From NCBI GenBank assembly GCA_002633005.1, contig NMRA01000781.1:86837-150836 (forward strand): a stretch of 64,000 bases of DNA, read 5' to 3'. The notes under the pieces are model-generated. The model was not told the origin of the DNA, ran no database searches, and was given only the letters and a program-made list of their open reading frames with translations. This stretch comes from Phoronis australis (taxonomy: Eukaryota; Animalia; Phoronida). Shown here in pieces: positions 11,601-23,600 of the stretch. Numbering within the stretch: position 1 is the stretch's first letter; each line of letters starts with the position of its first letter. Both the position numbers and the translations under genes were made by a program.

Positions 11601-14600
11601 AAAAACTATTGTACAAAAACTGTATGTTCAAAAGCTATGTACAAGATGAGCAAGTCCTAAAGAACATAATCTATAATAACGTAAGATTTGTTAATCCTAA
11701 AGACAAGCTAGATGTAATTATTTATTACAAGAATATGAAGACCTCTAATTTAGTGATGAGAAATAATATCAGTCATGAGAAGGTCTGCACTGTTGCTAGA
11801 TGTAATGTTGTTTATGAGTTTACTTGTTCCATGGTCGAATATTTTCGTCATCAGAAACAAAATTACATTGGGCACACAGTCTGTTCCTTGTCGCGACGAC
11901 TTTCAGTGCATTTACAAAGGGGCTCCATAAAAGACCATTTTCAAAACGTTCATGATCGCAAGATAACTCGTCAGGAGATTGTTGAAAATACAGTCATTTG
12001 CTACATTGAGAATGATGTACACAAGTTATGAACATTAGAGGCACTTCTAATAATGTTTGAAAAACCCACTTTGAAGCTAACTGGAACTCGAAGGACTCTG
12101 TTATTATTTAGGTAATCTGTACATTATGTTGCACAGCAACGTATGTATATTTATATATGTGTGTTTTTATCGTCATAGTTGCGCATGCCAACTTCACATG
12201 TTATATTACATTTGTCATTTCTGATGTGCGTTTCACTGTGAACTAGTTGTAAATAGTAGCCTGAAGATGAGATATGTGTCTCATGTTGTTTGGATTTTTA
12301 TTGCACTGTTGTGATGTAAAGACAAGATCTCTATTTAGAGAGTTGGAAAGAACTGAAATTTAATTAGTAAAAACAGTTCAAAGTCGTGTCTTCAATGAAA
12401 TATGTATACAAGAAAGATTACTGCCAAATTATAGTGATTTCAAGAACTTACATGACATATACATTACATACATATAATATACGGAATATGACGAATTTAT
12501 ATTTGATGAACGTGACTCAGGCCCTTATTTATTCCCAACTTATTATCTGCGTAATAAATGTACGGTGTTTTCACTGTTAGTTCGTACACTAGTGAGAGCT
12601 TCGTTTATGAATTAATAGAGACAAAATTGGCCGTACGAACTGTTAGGGAAGAAAGTCGAGTGTTCGAATTATTAGAGAAAAACATCGACGATAACAACGA
12701 GTGCAACGACGGCCTCGAGACGTTGGTTTGGCAATGTGAATTATAACTAGTAACAAATTTTTTTCTCGGGTGATGGATTTACTTCAAAATATAACTCTTT
12801 TTCACTTTAATTTCTTCCTATACTTGCAAACTTTAGGAACCACGCCACCTTCGGAACCTCCGCTTTTTACGATGTCGTCTGCCACACTTATTTTCCGACT
12901 GCAGTGCAATAGATAAAACATGCATTTGAAAAAATCAGGCCACAGAAATGTGACGGTGGTTTTGCCAACATTCCCAATTCGACTCAGGAGGAAAGCTCTC
13001 GGATTTTGAACGATCCTCACGGAAAGGTGTCAAATTCTCCCTATTTTGATGAAATTTCCCCAACTTAGTTTTCTGGAAATGTATTTTGCTGGGATACCGA
13101 GGATGCCGTGGCGACGGAAAGGACAGTGTGCCTCACAGGGTTAATTTGCTGCCTATGTTCCTGGGTATTTGTGTGTGATCTTGAAATAATAAAAAATGCA
13201 TGCCAGGTTTTGTGTTAGCAGATTTGCCAATGTCGCTGGCAGTTCTTGTTATGTGCTCTGGTACTTACGGTAATTGAAATTTCTCGAAACTTAGCTTAGT
13301 AGAGCTGTAGGCGCCTTACCGCATTTCCTAAAAAATCAAAGGTGTTATAGACAATTACTGTTAGTGAATTTTGTTGTAATAAGAAACTAAATGACTGCAT
13401 TAGTAAGTACAATTTCTTGGGGCAAACTGCTCCGCCTAGGCCTGTCTGTGTAGATATTCCACCTACCTGTATAGCCACCCAGAATAATTTTGTTTCTACA
13501 CTGGCCAGCTTCAGCCGGAACAAAATTCTTCCCATAGAATCGAGTCTGAAAAATCTACGTGCACGACTGGCGACCCGGGGAATGAAAACTGGCGCTACTG
13601 TGAGGGGCTTGTACGGAGAGAAGAATAAAAAACATGGCTAGAATGTCGCTGCGGGCCGGAACATCGAGTCTAGAGCCACGCGGTTCTGAGGAACATTGGG
13701 CCCAAGGAATATCGCAAAGCAACGGGTCTTTTACAACCCCAGGGGTTCTAACTTCATTGTCAAGTAAATTAATACCTGGGTCGCTGAAACTTATCTGGTA
13801 GTACAGAGTCAAGCAGGCGTGCTTTCAGGAATGTTAGGACCTACGCTGGGACCTAGTTAAATCTAGCCAAAGTCACTTGTTTTCATTTAAAATACACGGC
13901 AATATGTCACGTCAAGAATGTCACAAAGTCTTGCTTTTTAGCGAGGTCCTAGCGTTACTGAATGGGAGGCAGGTATACTATCTCAGTTAGCACTGTTGCT
14001 ATTCTCGTTTGATGTGCAACTTTGAAGTGGCGCGCGTGTATGTTTCCACACTTGAATCGCTGGAGTGCATGTTACAGTGACAGCAACACATGTGAGTGAC
14101 AGATGACTCATACATACGTGTGTGCTCTGTCCCAGAAAGTATAGAAGGGCTGGAGAATTTGTTTGCTGTCTTGCCATAAAAAAGAGACACATTTCCAAGT
14201 AGCGGTCTGTCGGGACATTGCGCGCAAACAGTGGTATCGACCAGTGCCGCAGTGTGATGATATTGTTGGGGATATTGTAATTGGCCAATCAGGACAGCTT
14301 GCATGAAAAATAAATGTTTTTTCATCATAAATTTGGTAAGTTGGTCATTAGTGAATGAAACATCGCTGTGACATTTTTAATTTATTACATATTTTTGCCA
14401 TGGTCCGAATTTTTTGCCGGCTCGTCCAAAAATTTGCAAAAGTAGCCGAAAATACCAACCAATGAAACGCGTCAAACATCGATTCTGAATTATCCAAAGA
14501 CGTTATCCCATGTATACTCCACACGTTTACAACTCAATAAGAGGGCCGAGTGTTCAACGTGATTTGGAAACAACCAAATAACGGCCGGATTTGCACAAGT

Positions 14601-17600
14601 GCCAGGTATCTGCTTGCCGCCAAATGCTAGCCTAGGCTCACGTTCTTGAGAATTTCCAGGTTGCATGTTGCAACATATATGAGATGACCAGTCTTGGCTT
14701 GCATTTCCAAATTTCAGGTCGTGAATGTCTAGCGCCGAGTTGATTATAACCGACACCGAACTAGCACGTACTCGCTGAGTGGGCATTACTGGTTAGAGCT
14801 AGTCACTAACTAGCACTTACTCGCTGAGTGGGCATTTCTGGTTAGAGCTAGTCACTAACTAGCGCGTACTCGCTGAGTGGGCATTTCTGGTTAGAGCTAG
14901 TCACTAACTAGCGCGTACTGACTGAGTGGTCATTTCTGGTTAGAGCTAGTCACTAACTAGCGCGTACTGACTGAGTGGTCATTTCTGGTTAGAGCTAGTC
15001 ACTAACTAGCGCGTACTCGCTGAGTGGTCATTACTGGTTAGAGCTCAAGTCACTAACTAGCGCGTACTCGCTGAGTGGTCATCACTGGTTAGAGCTCAAG
15101 TAACTAACTTACCGCGGCTATCGATTACCCGAATAATTGGCGATTTGTTTACAAGTTATTTTTACAGACAAAGATATGTGTACGTACTATTTTTTGCTCG
15201 ACTACCTACTGTACGAAATTTTTTTCCCTAGGACCCCCACTGTACGCGTTCTTAAGACTCATCCCGAGTCAAAGTCATAAAATATTAAGCAAATACTTGC
15301 TGTTGAGTAATACCCTTGCAGTAACTTTTGATTGATGACTGGCTCATGTCCGCTTACCTCCCATTCTCATCTTTTGATTGACGACTGGCTCATGTCTGCT
15401 TACCTCCCATTCTCATCTTTTGATTGACGACTGGCTCATGTCTGCTTACCTCCCATTCTCATCTTCCTTACGTACCGTGTTTCTCGCAATGGCAACTGAA
15501 GTTAGCCGTGCAGGGCGTTTGAGATAAGACAGCCGCACTAAACCTTACGTTGACAATTCATTGGTTTGCGAAGTCTAGAACATAAACATTCCCAACCATA
15601 AAAAACGCCTGAATTAGTTTTTCAAACATTTATTTCGTCAAACAACTCAACTCTGAACTCAGTACTTTACAGCTAATACGCACATACTTCTACTCATGTC
15701 ACATGACCACTCTGGCCATAAATTTAATACTGATGATGTAACCTCTGCAACACGTGATGATTGCACGCGTGCACGTCGCGACGTGAGAATAGTTGCAATC
15801 AAACTGGAGCGCTGCATAGTCATTTGTCGTCTGCGCACTACAGTCACCGGAATCAGCTCTAACACTACTACGGGACGGCACGCTATTGTTACTCCGCACT
15901 TTTGTAAATTTATTCGTGTAGTACTAATCTAACAGAACCTTGGTGGGAAAATCCGTTGTTATGACAGTTTTACTACCATTTGGCGACACATTGGAAAATC
16001 TTATCGCTATTTCCACATTTTCTGTCGCCAAAAATGGTGATCTGAAAAACGACTTTTCGAGCTCTATGCTAGCGTAGTAAAGCACATAACGGAATCCGAT
16101 CACCTGAATAGATTGGCGCTTATTGATTTGTGTTCTTTTATAAAAAGGAACATTTCCATTTTACCGATCCAAAAAGCTGGTACGAATTATTTTTTCCGAC
16201 GCAAATATGTGTACGAACTATTTTTCCCTCGGACTCCTACTGTACGAACTATTGGAGACAAACAGCATGTTTCAAGGGTCCTGTACGAACTAATAGAGTG
16301 TACGAATTAATAGAGAAAACACCGTAGGTCTCTTTTGAAACCAAAAACCTGTTCCTTGAGGTTCTCGGATGAAAGGGCTGTACACTGACAACCTCAAGGT
16401 ATGCCTTTTTGATTCATATCATCCCCTATGGAGTGTTGCAGTATATACATTGTACAGACAGCCATATACAGTGTACTAAACAGTTTTATGTGCTGTTCCT
16501 GCTCTTTGTCAGATGACTGGTGTATTGTTTTATTAGTTGCCACATGGTTGGCAGTTTATTTTGTTTGTTTAACCTTTTTTAACAACTTCAATTTAGTGGA
16601 ATAATAGGTTTGTGCCATTAACTATTGATTCTTGTAACAAAGCATTCATTCAAGACATGTGAATTATGAAAGTGAGGCTACAGATGGCAACATAATGACT
16701 GTCTCCACTTCATTTACTGTCGATTTAACTTTCAGTCTCATTGAAAAGTTCATTAAAAAGTACAAATAATTTAAGGAAAGTTTCAAGTATTGTGCTGAAA
16801 AGTTCATGCACAGGACTATAATAGAGAATCATAGCAACAGATGCAGCCAAAGTTTACATGACATGTCAAGTCTGGCCTTCTGCTAGTTCGGGTTCTTGTT
16901 TAGTCACTGATTTAAAATGGTGAAAGTTTATGATAATTTTAGTTACATATTTGGAGGTATGGTGTGTATGAACATAGAAAAATCAGTTACCAATTATCAG
17001 TTAGCTAGAAGCTTTAGACTTGTCTTATTGTAGGCCTGCCAAGGTTTCTGGTTATCGTCATCCATCATGTTGTATGATCATTTTTTCTGTGTTGAAAAGT
17101 GATAAATGTGCACTCTGACATTGCTGTTGTCGAGCGGAACACAACATTTTTCGTCACATTTTGTGCTGAGAACCTTGTCTGACAACTCAATTCTAGTGAT
17201 CACACTTGTCTGTTATTTAACTTGCCTTGTTTTCACTTGGTCATTGAATACATGAACAAGTTTTTAGATCAGTCTAAAATTAGTGATAAGTTCTTGGACT
17301 GCTAAAACTGAAGTCCTGAATTATTATTGATGAGGTGCCCAGATTCCTGTTAGACACATTCCGTTCTAAGCTGTACTTAGACTTGCGCGAATAATTTTTG
17401 TAAAAAAGGTGATATGGGATCAATCTGTGGACATCAGTTCCAAAACATCTCTCTCTTTTTCCTTCGTGCTCTTGTGCTTGTTTACAGGTTAGCATTGTAC
17501 CAATATCGGAAACACTTGAACATGTCTGAGCTAGTCTCCAGACAAGCGTATGTACTGAGGGATGTACCCAAGGCTGACATCAGAGCCACCTACAGGGAAC

Positions 17601-20600
17601 GTTAGCATGTTGCCACCATGCAGTGATAAATGGATCAGATGTTGTTTGGCATAACTTGAAGACAAAACTTCGAATGTCTTTCCTACTCCTTTCAAAATCT
17701 AGAAGTCCTCAAATTTCAAATGAATTCAATGATTTAATTTACCAGGCTATTGTTTTATTTCTATTTGTTTTTTTCAATATAGTCATTGATTTACTAAGAT
17801 GGAGTGTTTTTGTGTGGTTAAAGACATGAGTAGCCCTTAAGACAGTACTGCTGTTTGTATACATTGCAAGCCATCAAACATGGCAACATCTAACAGTTCT
17901 CAGACGGCCTGCTCTAACATGTACTACAAGTTCTACTTTTTCTTACAACTTTGCACATTGCATTGCAGTTTGTTTTGTTTTGCTTTTTGTTCAATTTGAA
18001 GACTTCTTGAAAATTGGTGAGGCAACCATGAATTATAATAGCAGTATTTGTTGACTTGGTACTATGCACTATGTTAACAATGTTATTAACTTTGTGCTTT
18101 TGGTTCGTTTCTTAAGGGATACATTTGCTGATGATTATTTAATAGTTATGTTTACAGTGGTGTTTTATTTATGTTATTTCTGGTACAGAACCTGCGTTTA
18201 TTGTCTTCTTGTTGCTGTCTATGTTTTATGACCAGAATTTACTTTGAGTTGGTCAATGAAATACAACAAACACATCCTTGCCATCTGCCATCACATGTCT
18301 TTATTACAATTAGAATGCAATCTTTTCAGTTACAAAGTGTAACACATTTTGAGTAAACNATTTTGCACATATATGTGACCCACCACCACAAAATGAGTCT
18401 TAAGTCGCGATTTGTCATTTTTTTAATCGTTATTTTTTTCTGAAAATACAGTATTTTCTGATCATTTTGAGGTATGAAACATATCCTTATCTTCACAAAT
18501 GACCGAGTTATTGCCAATTCTAGTCGGGGAAAGCGAAAATTTAGAGCTTTCAGAAGTCGAGGAAAATGGCCAGCAAAAAGTGCCGATGTGTCTTTAAAAT
18601 TTCTATAGCAATCTGCAGTTAAATGCTACATTTCAGACTTATTAGTACACACAACATAAACAAATAAAATTACTCAAAAATTAGAAAAAATGTAGACCTT
18701 ATTATGTAATCTCAGCCAAAAATATTCATGTTGGGTTGCTGCAACTGGGTCAATAAATTTCCCAGCTAAGGTATACAGGGTCAGTCCACTTGTGGCAGGA
18801 GGGGTTACCGCAAGTAAAACAAGTAGTTAAAGTGTATTTTGGAGAAGTTTAATAAAATGAAGTCCTGTAGATTATAAAATACACGTTTGTAGCTGACCTT
18901 TGTTCAAAAGAACTCAAAATTTTATGCTAGTGTGAATAATTTTGAAGAAAATGACAATCGCTCATCCCTATCCAAGTCCACTGACACTGACTGAAGAGCA
19001 ACGATTTCCTGGACTTCTCGCCGAGTGATTCAGCCCTATCGAAGATTGTTCTCTCTTGCAGTAATATTCGGCCACTTGCACCCCGATTCACTGGCTTTGC
19101 AAGTTCTGTTTGTTCCAATCCAATGACTTGGAATCCAACGTAACCATATTCGCGATGGGTCGATCATGAAACTCATCTGGCAACGAGTTGCTGCTGTCAG
19201 ATGACTCGTCGCTGTCACGAAATTCCTCCTTGTCTCCATCAACAAATGTGGTATTTGATGAGTTCAGTTAATTTTCGCTGATCTTGATACAGCAGTCAGA
19301 AGCAAGAGTTAATCACTGAGATATCAGCTTCACGGCAACCAGCCATCTTACTGTCTTGTAAACATGCCGTGACCTCGCGACCCCATAGTTTCACGCCCAC
19401 TTAACTAGTTCTAGCGAATGAGGTCAGCGATGCATTGGGTTAAAAGATCATTGCTAGCTAAAAGACTGGTGAGTGGCACTTTTGTTGAAAATACCTCGAA
19501 TCCAAAAAGTGAAATAACGACTGATGATTGGACGAAAAACTCAAAGAGCTTACTGCATGCATAATGAGCAGAGTTTGACCTTTCTGTTGATGTGTTTGCG
19601 AGCGAATTGGGTCATCGGAGCAATGAGGACACGAAAACCGACAAATTTTGATGAAAATTTCACGAAATATGCAGTCGTGGAGAAGGTGATGTTTATCAAA
19701 ATGAAATAAATAAGATTTAAAATGAAGTTTGCTTGTTTTAAACTATTGTTTTGTGAAGTAGAATGAATAGATAATCATAATCTGCAATAAAAAAATTTGA
19801 CCTAATTTTAACCGATAGCGACTGTTTGCAGTCTAGTCAGAAATTAGAGATTCCGACTTAAGACTCATTTTGCCGTGGTGGGTCACATATTCCTGTTATG
19901 GTTGGGACGGCATGAGCAAACTTTCGGACAGATCTGACTACTGGTGTGCCCCCTAGTGGCAGTTTTATTTTTTATGCTTACCTTTATATCTTCAACATAT
20001 TTTCATATAATTTGGTATATATAGGCATCTATTAGTGAGATCACGCTATCCTCCCGTTTTCGGAAGGATTCGATGTAGTTTGCGCCACCTAGTGGCCATT
20101 TTTGCTGTTGGCGTCCACCCCTCTATCAACCAAACCGCTGTAAGGATGATTGTGAAAATTGGCATGTATGTTAAACTTCTTACTATGAAGAGGACGGCTG
20201 AGGATGATTTTCCGACGATTTTGACTACTGTGGCGCCTCCTAGTGGCAGTTTTGTTTTTTTGTGCCCATGGCTGTATTTCCTAAACCGTTGGCAGGACCC
20301 TTACTAAATTCAGCAAGTGTATTTATATAGTGTTGACCATGGATGTTGACGACTTTGGGATGGATCTTACTACTGGTGTGCCCCCTAGAGTCAGTTTTAT
20401 TTTCTTACGTTTACCTCTGTATCTTCAAAGGTCCTCAACGTATTTTCATAAAATTTGGAATATAGGCATATATTAGTAAAATGGCACTGTCCTATCATTT
20501 TCGGATGGATGTGACATAGTTTGCGCCACCTAGTGGCCATTTTTACTGTGTTAGTCTGTTTTTTGGCATCCAACTCTCTATCAACCAAACCGCTCTAAGG

Positions 20601-23600
20601 ATGATTGTAAAAATTGGCATGTATGTTCTTACCACAAAGCTGACAATGATTTTCAGACGATTTTAACTACTGTGGTGTCTCCTAGGGACAGTTTTGTTTT
20701 TTCACGCCCATGGCTGTATCTCCTAAACCGTTTGTAGCATCTTTGCTAAATTTAGCAAGTGTATTTATATAATGTTGGCAATGGATGATAACAACTTTCG
20801 TTCAGGTCTGATTACCAGTGTGCCCCCTAGTGGCAATTTTCATTTTTAGGCTTACCTCTGTATCTTCAAAGATCCTCAAGCGATTATCAGAAAGTTTGGA
20901 ATATAGGCATTTATTGATGAGATGATGCTATCCTCCCGCGTTGGGATGGAAGTGAGCTACTTTCCGCCACCTAGTGGCCATTTTTCGTGTTTTCGAGTCT
21001 TGTTTTTTGGCGTCCACCCCTCGATCAACCAAACCATTCAAAGGAATGATTTTGAAAATTGGTGTATATGTTCTCAGTGTGAAGAGGACAATTGATAATG
21101 AATTTGACTATTGTGGCGCCTCCTAGTGATAGTTTTATTTTGTTTTGATGTCATAGCTGCATCTCCTAAACTCACTGCAGGATCTTTATTAACTTTAGCA
21201 ATTTTGTTTATATGAAGCTTACAACAGACGACGACATCTTTCAGGCGGATCCAATGAACACTGTGCCCCATAGTGGCTATTTCATTTTTTTCTGTTTTCC
21301 TTTTTTCTCTGAAGTTCGTTGACAGATTTTTATGAAATGTGGTTAATATTTTTCTATTAAAGAAGCGATGACATGTTCTTATTTACAGATGGATTGAATT
21401 TTTTTTTGCCATCTAGTGGCTATTTTTATGAAACAAATAAACAACCCTTACCCTAGAATCACTCCGTTTGCGGTGCATTTGTGGGCTTATTTCAATGCTC
21501 TGCGTTGCTTCTGTATTTATATGTGGGAGCATATCTCTGTCTGGGTGTCCAGGCATCTGGCATCCGGGCTGTATCTCCTAAACTCCTTGAAGGATCTTAC
21601 TGAAATTTTTCTACAGAGGATGATGAGTTTCTGATCAACTGGAGTACCACTGTGCCCTCTAGTGACAATTTTAGTTTTTTAGCTTTGCCTCTGTATCTTC
21701 GGAGTGCCTTGATGGATTGTCTTGAAATTTGGCATGTAGGTTAATATGGAGGTGATGGTGCTATGTTTTTGTATGGATTCGACGGGTTTTACGCCACCTT
21801 GTGGCCATTTTTGTTAATTTTGTGCCTGTGTTCTGGTGTCTGCCTCGCTATCTGCCATACCGCTCAAAGGATCATCATGAAAATTTCCAGATGTGTTGCT
21901 CATTAGAGTGCCATGACTGACGTTGACTTTCGGATGGGTCCGGCCACTGTGTCACCCTCTTGTGGTGATTTTGTTTTTTGTGTCTGCGGCCGAATCTCCT
22001 TTAAAAGGATCAAAACGAGATTTTACAGACGTCTTCCTGATTAGACTACTGCTTTGTTCCCTAGTCCCCAAATTAATGACTATCCTTTTGACAACAGCAG
22101 CATTATTGCATTTTTTCCAGTTCCAAGGTATCCAGTTCAACAGTGTCACTGTTGTTTTTGTGTACAATTTGTGAATATTTGTGGTTCTTGTGTTGCTGTA
22201 CGTATTACAACCTTTGTTATCTTATTACCTATCAGAGCTGCATAACTACATGAAAGACCTGGCCCTGGTAGCATCATTGGTCATCGCTGTAGGGGGATGC
22301 TGGTTTGCCTATGTCCAGCACAAGCACTCTCAGTCTCACCTGAAGAAGATGATGAAAGATATGGATACTTTACAGAGTGCAGAGGCAGCTCTGGNGGTGT
22401 CTCCTAGGGACAGTTTTGTTTTTTCACGCCCATGGCTGTATCTCCTAAACCGTTTGTAGCATCTTTGCTAAATTTAGCAAGTGTATTTATATAATGTTGA
22501 CAATGGATGACAACAACTTTCGTTCAGGTCTGATTACCAGTGTGCCCCCTAGTGGCAATTTTCGTTTTTAGGCTTACCTCTGTATCTTCAAAGGTCCTCA
22601 AGCGATTATCAGAAAGTTTGGAATACAGGCATTTATTGGTGAGATGATGCTATCCTCCCGCTTTCGGATGGAAGTGAGCTACTTTCCGCCACCTAGTGGC
22701 CATTTTTCGTGTTTTCGAGTCTTGTTTTTTGGCGTCCACCCCTCGATCAACCAAACCATTCAAAGGATGATTTTGAAAATTGGTGTATATGTTCTCAGTA
22801 TGAAGAGGACAATTGATAATGAATTCGACTACTGTGGCGCCTCCTAGTGATAGTTTTATTTTGTTTTGATGCCATAGCTGCATCTCCTAAACTCACTGCA
22901 GGATCTTTATTAACTTTAGCAATTTTGTTTATATGAAGCTTACAACAGATGACGACATCTTTCAGGCGGATCCAATGAACACTGTGCCCCATAGTGGCTA
23001 TTTCATTTTTTTCTGTTTTCCTTTTTTCTCTGAAGTTCCTTGACAGATTTTTATGAAATGTGGTTAATATTTTTCTATTAAAGAAGCGATGACATGTTCT
23101 TATTTACAGATGGATTGAATTTTTTTTTGCCATCTAGTGGCTAATTTTATGAAACAAATAAACAACCCTTACCCTAGAATCACTCCATTTGCGGTGCATT
23201 TGTGGGCTTATTTCAACGCTCTGCGTTGCTTCTGTATTTATATGTGGGAGCATATCTCTGTCTGGGTGTCCAGGCATCTGGCGTCCGGGCTGTATCTCCT
23301 AAACTCCTTGAAGGATCTTACTGAAATTTTTCTACAGAGGATGATGAGTTTTGGATCAACTGGAGTACCACTGTGCCCTCTAGTGACAAATTTAGTTTTT
23401 TAGCTTTGCCTCTGTATCTTCGGAGTGCCTTGATGGATTGTCTTGAAATTTGGCATATAGGTTAATATGGAGGTGATGGTGCTATGTTTTTGTATGGATT
23501 CGACGGGTTTTACGCCACCTTGTGGCCATTTTTGTTAATTTTGTGCCTGTTTTCTGGTGTCTGCCTCGCTATCTGCCATACCGCTCAAAGGATCATCATG

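Larger units (their letters stand above)
12561..16326. mobile_element. Non-autonomous TIR element (Tc1/mariner/pogo-like, TA-flanked), ~3.8 kb composite
   Basis: 30-bp TIRs tacggtgttttcactgttagttcgtacact (12561-12590) and agtgtacgaattaatagagaaaacaccgta (16297-16326); subterminal gtacgaa repeats; no transposase ORF recognised. Confidence 0.75.

Noticed and set aside
14761-15108. CRISPR-like array (also 38323-38511, 42742-42993)
   Set aside because: Head-to-tail repeats with no unique spacers, no cas genes, eukaryotic intron context.
22236-22394. Second copy of the STIM TM exon (apparent exon duplication / two-TM STIM)
   Set aside because: Part of a 1.72-kb near-identical block joined by a single N and cut mid-exon; typical allelic contig overlap.
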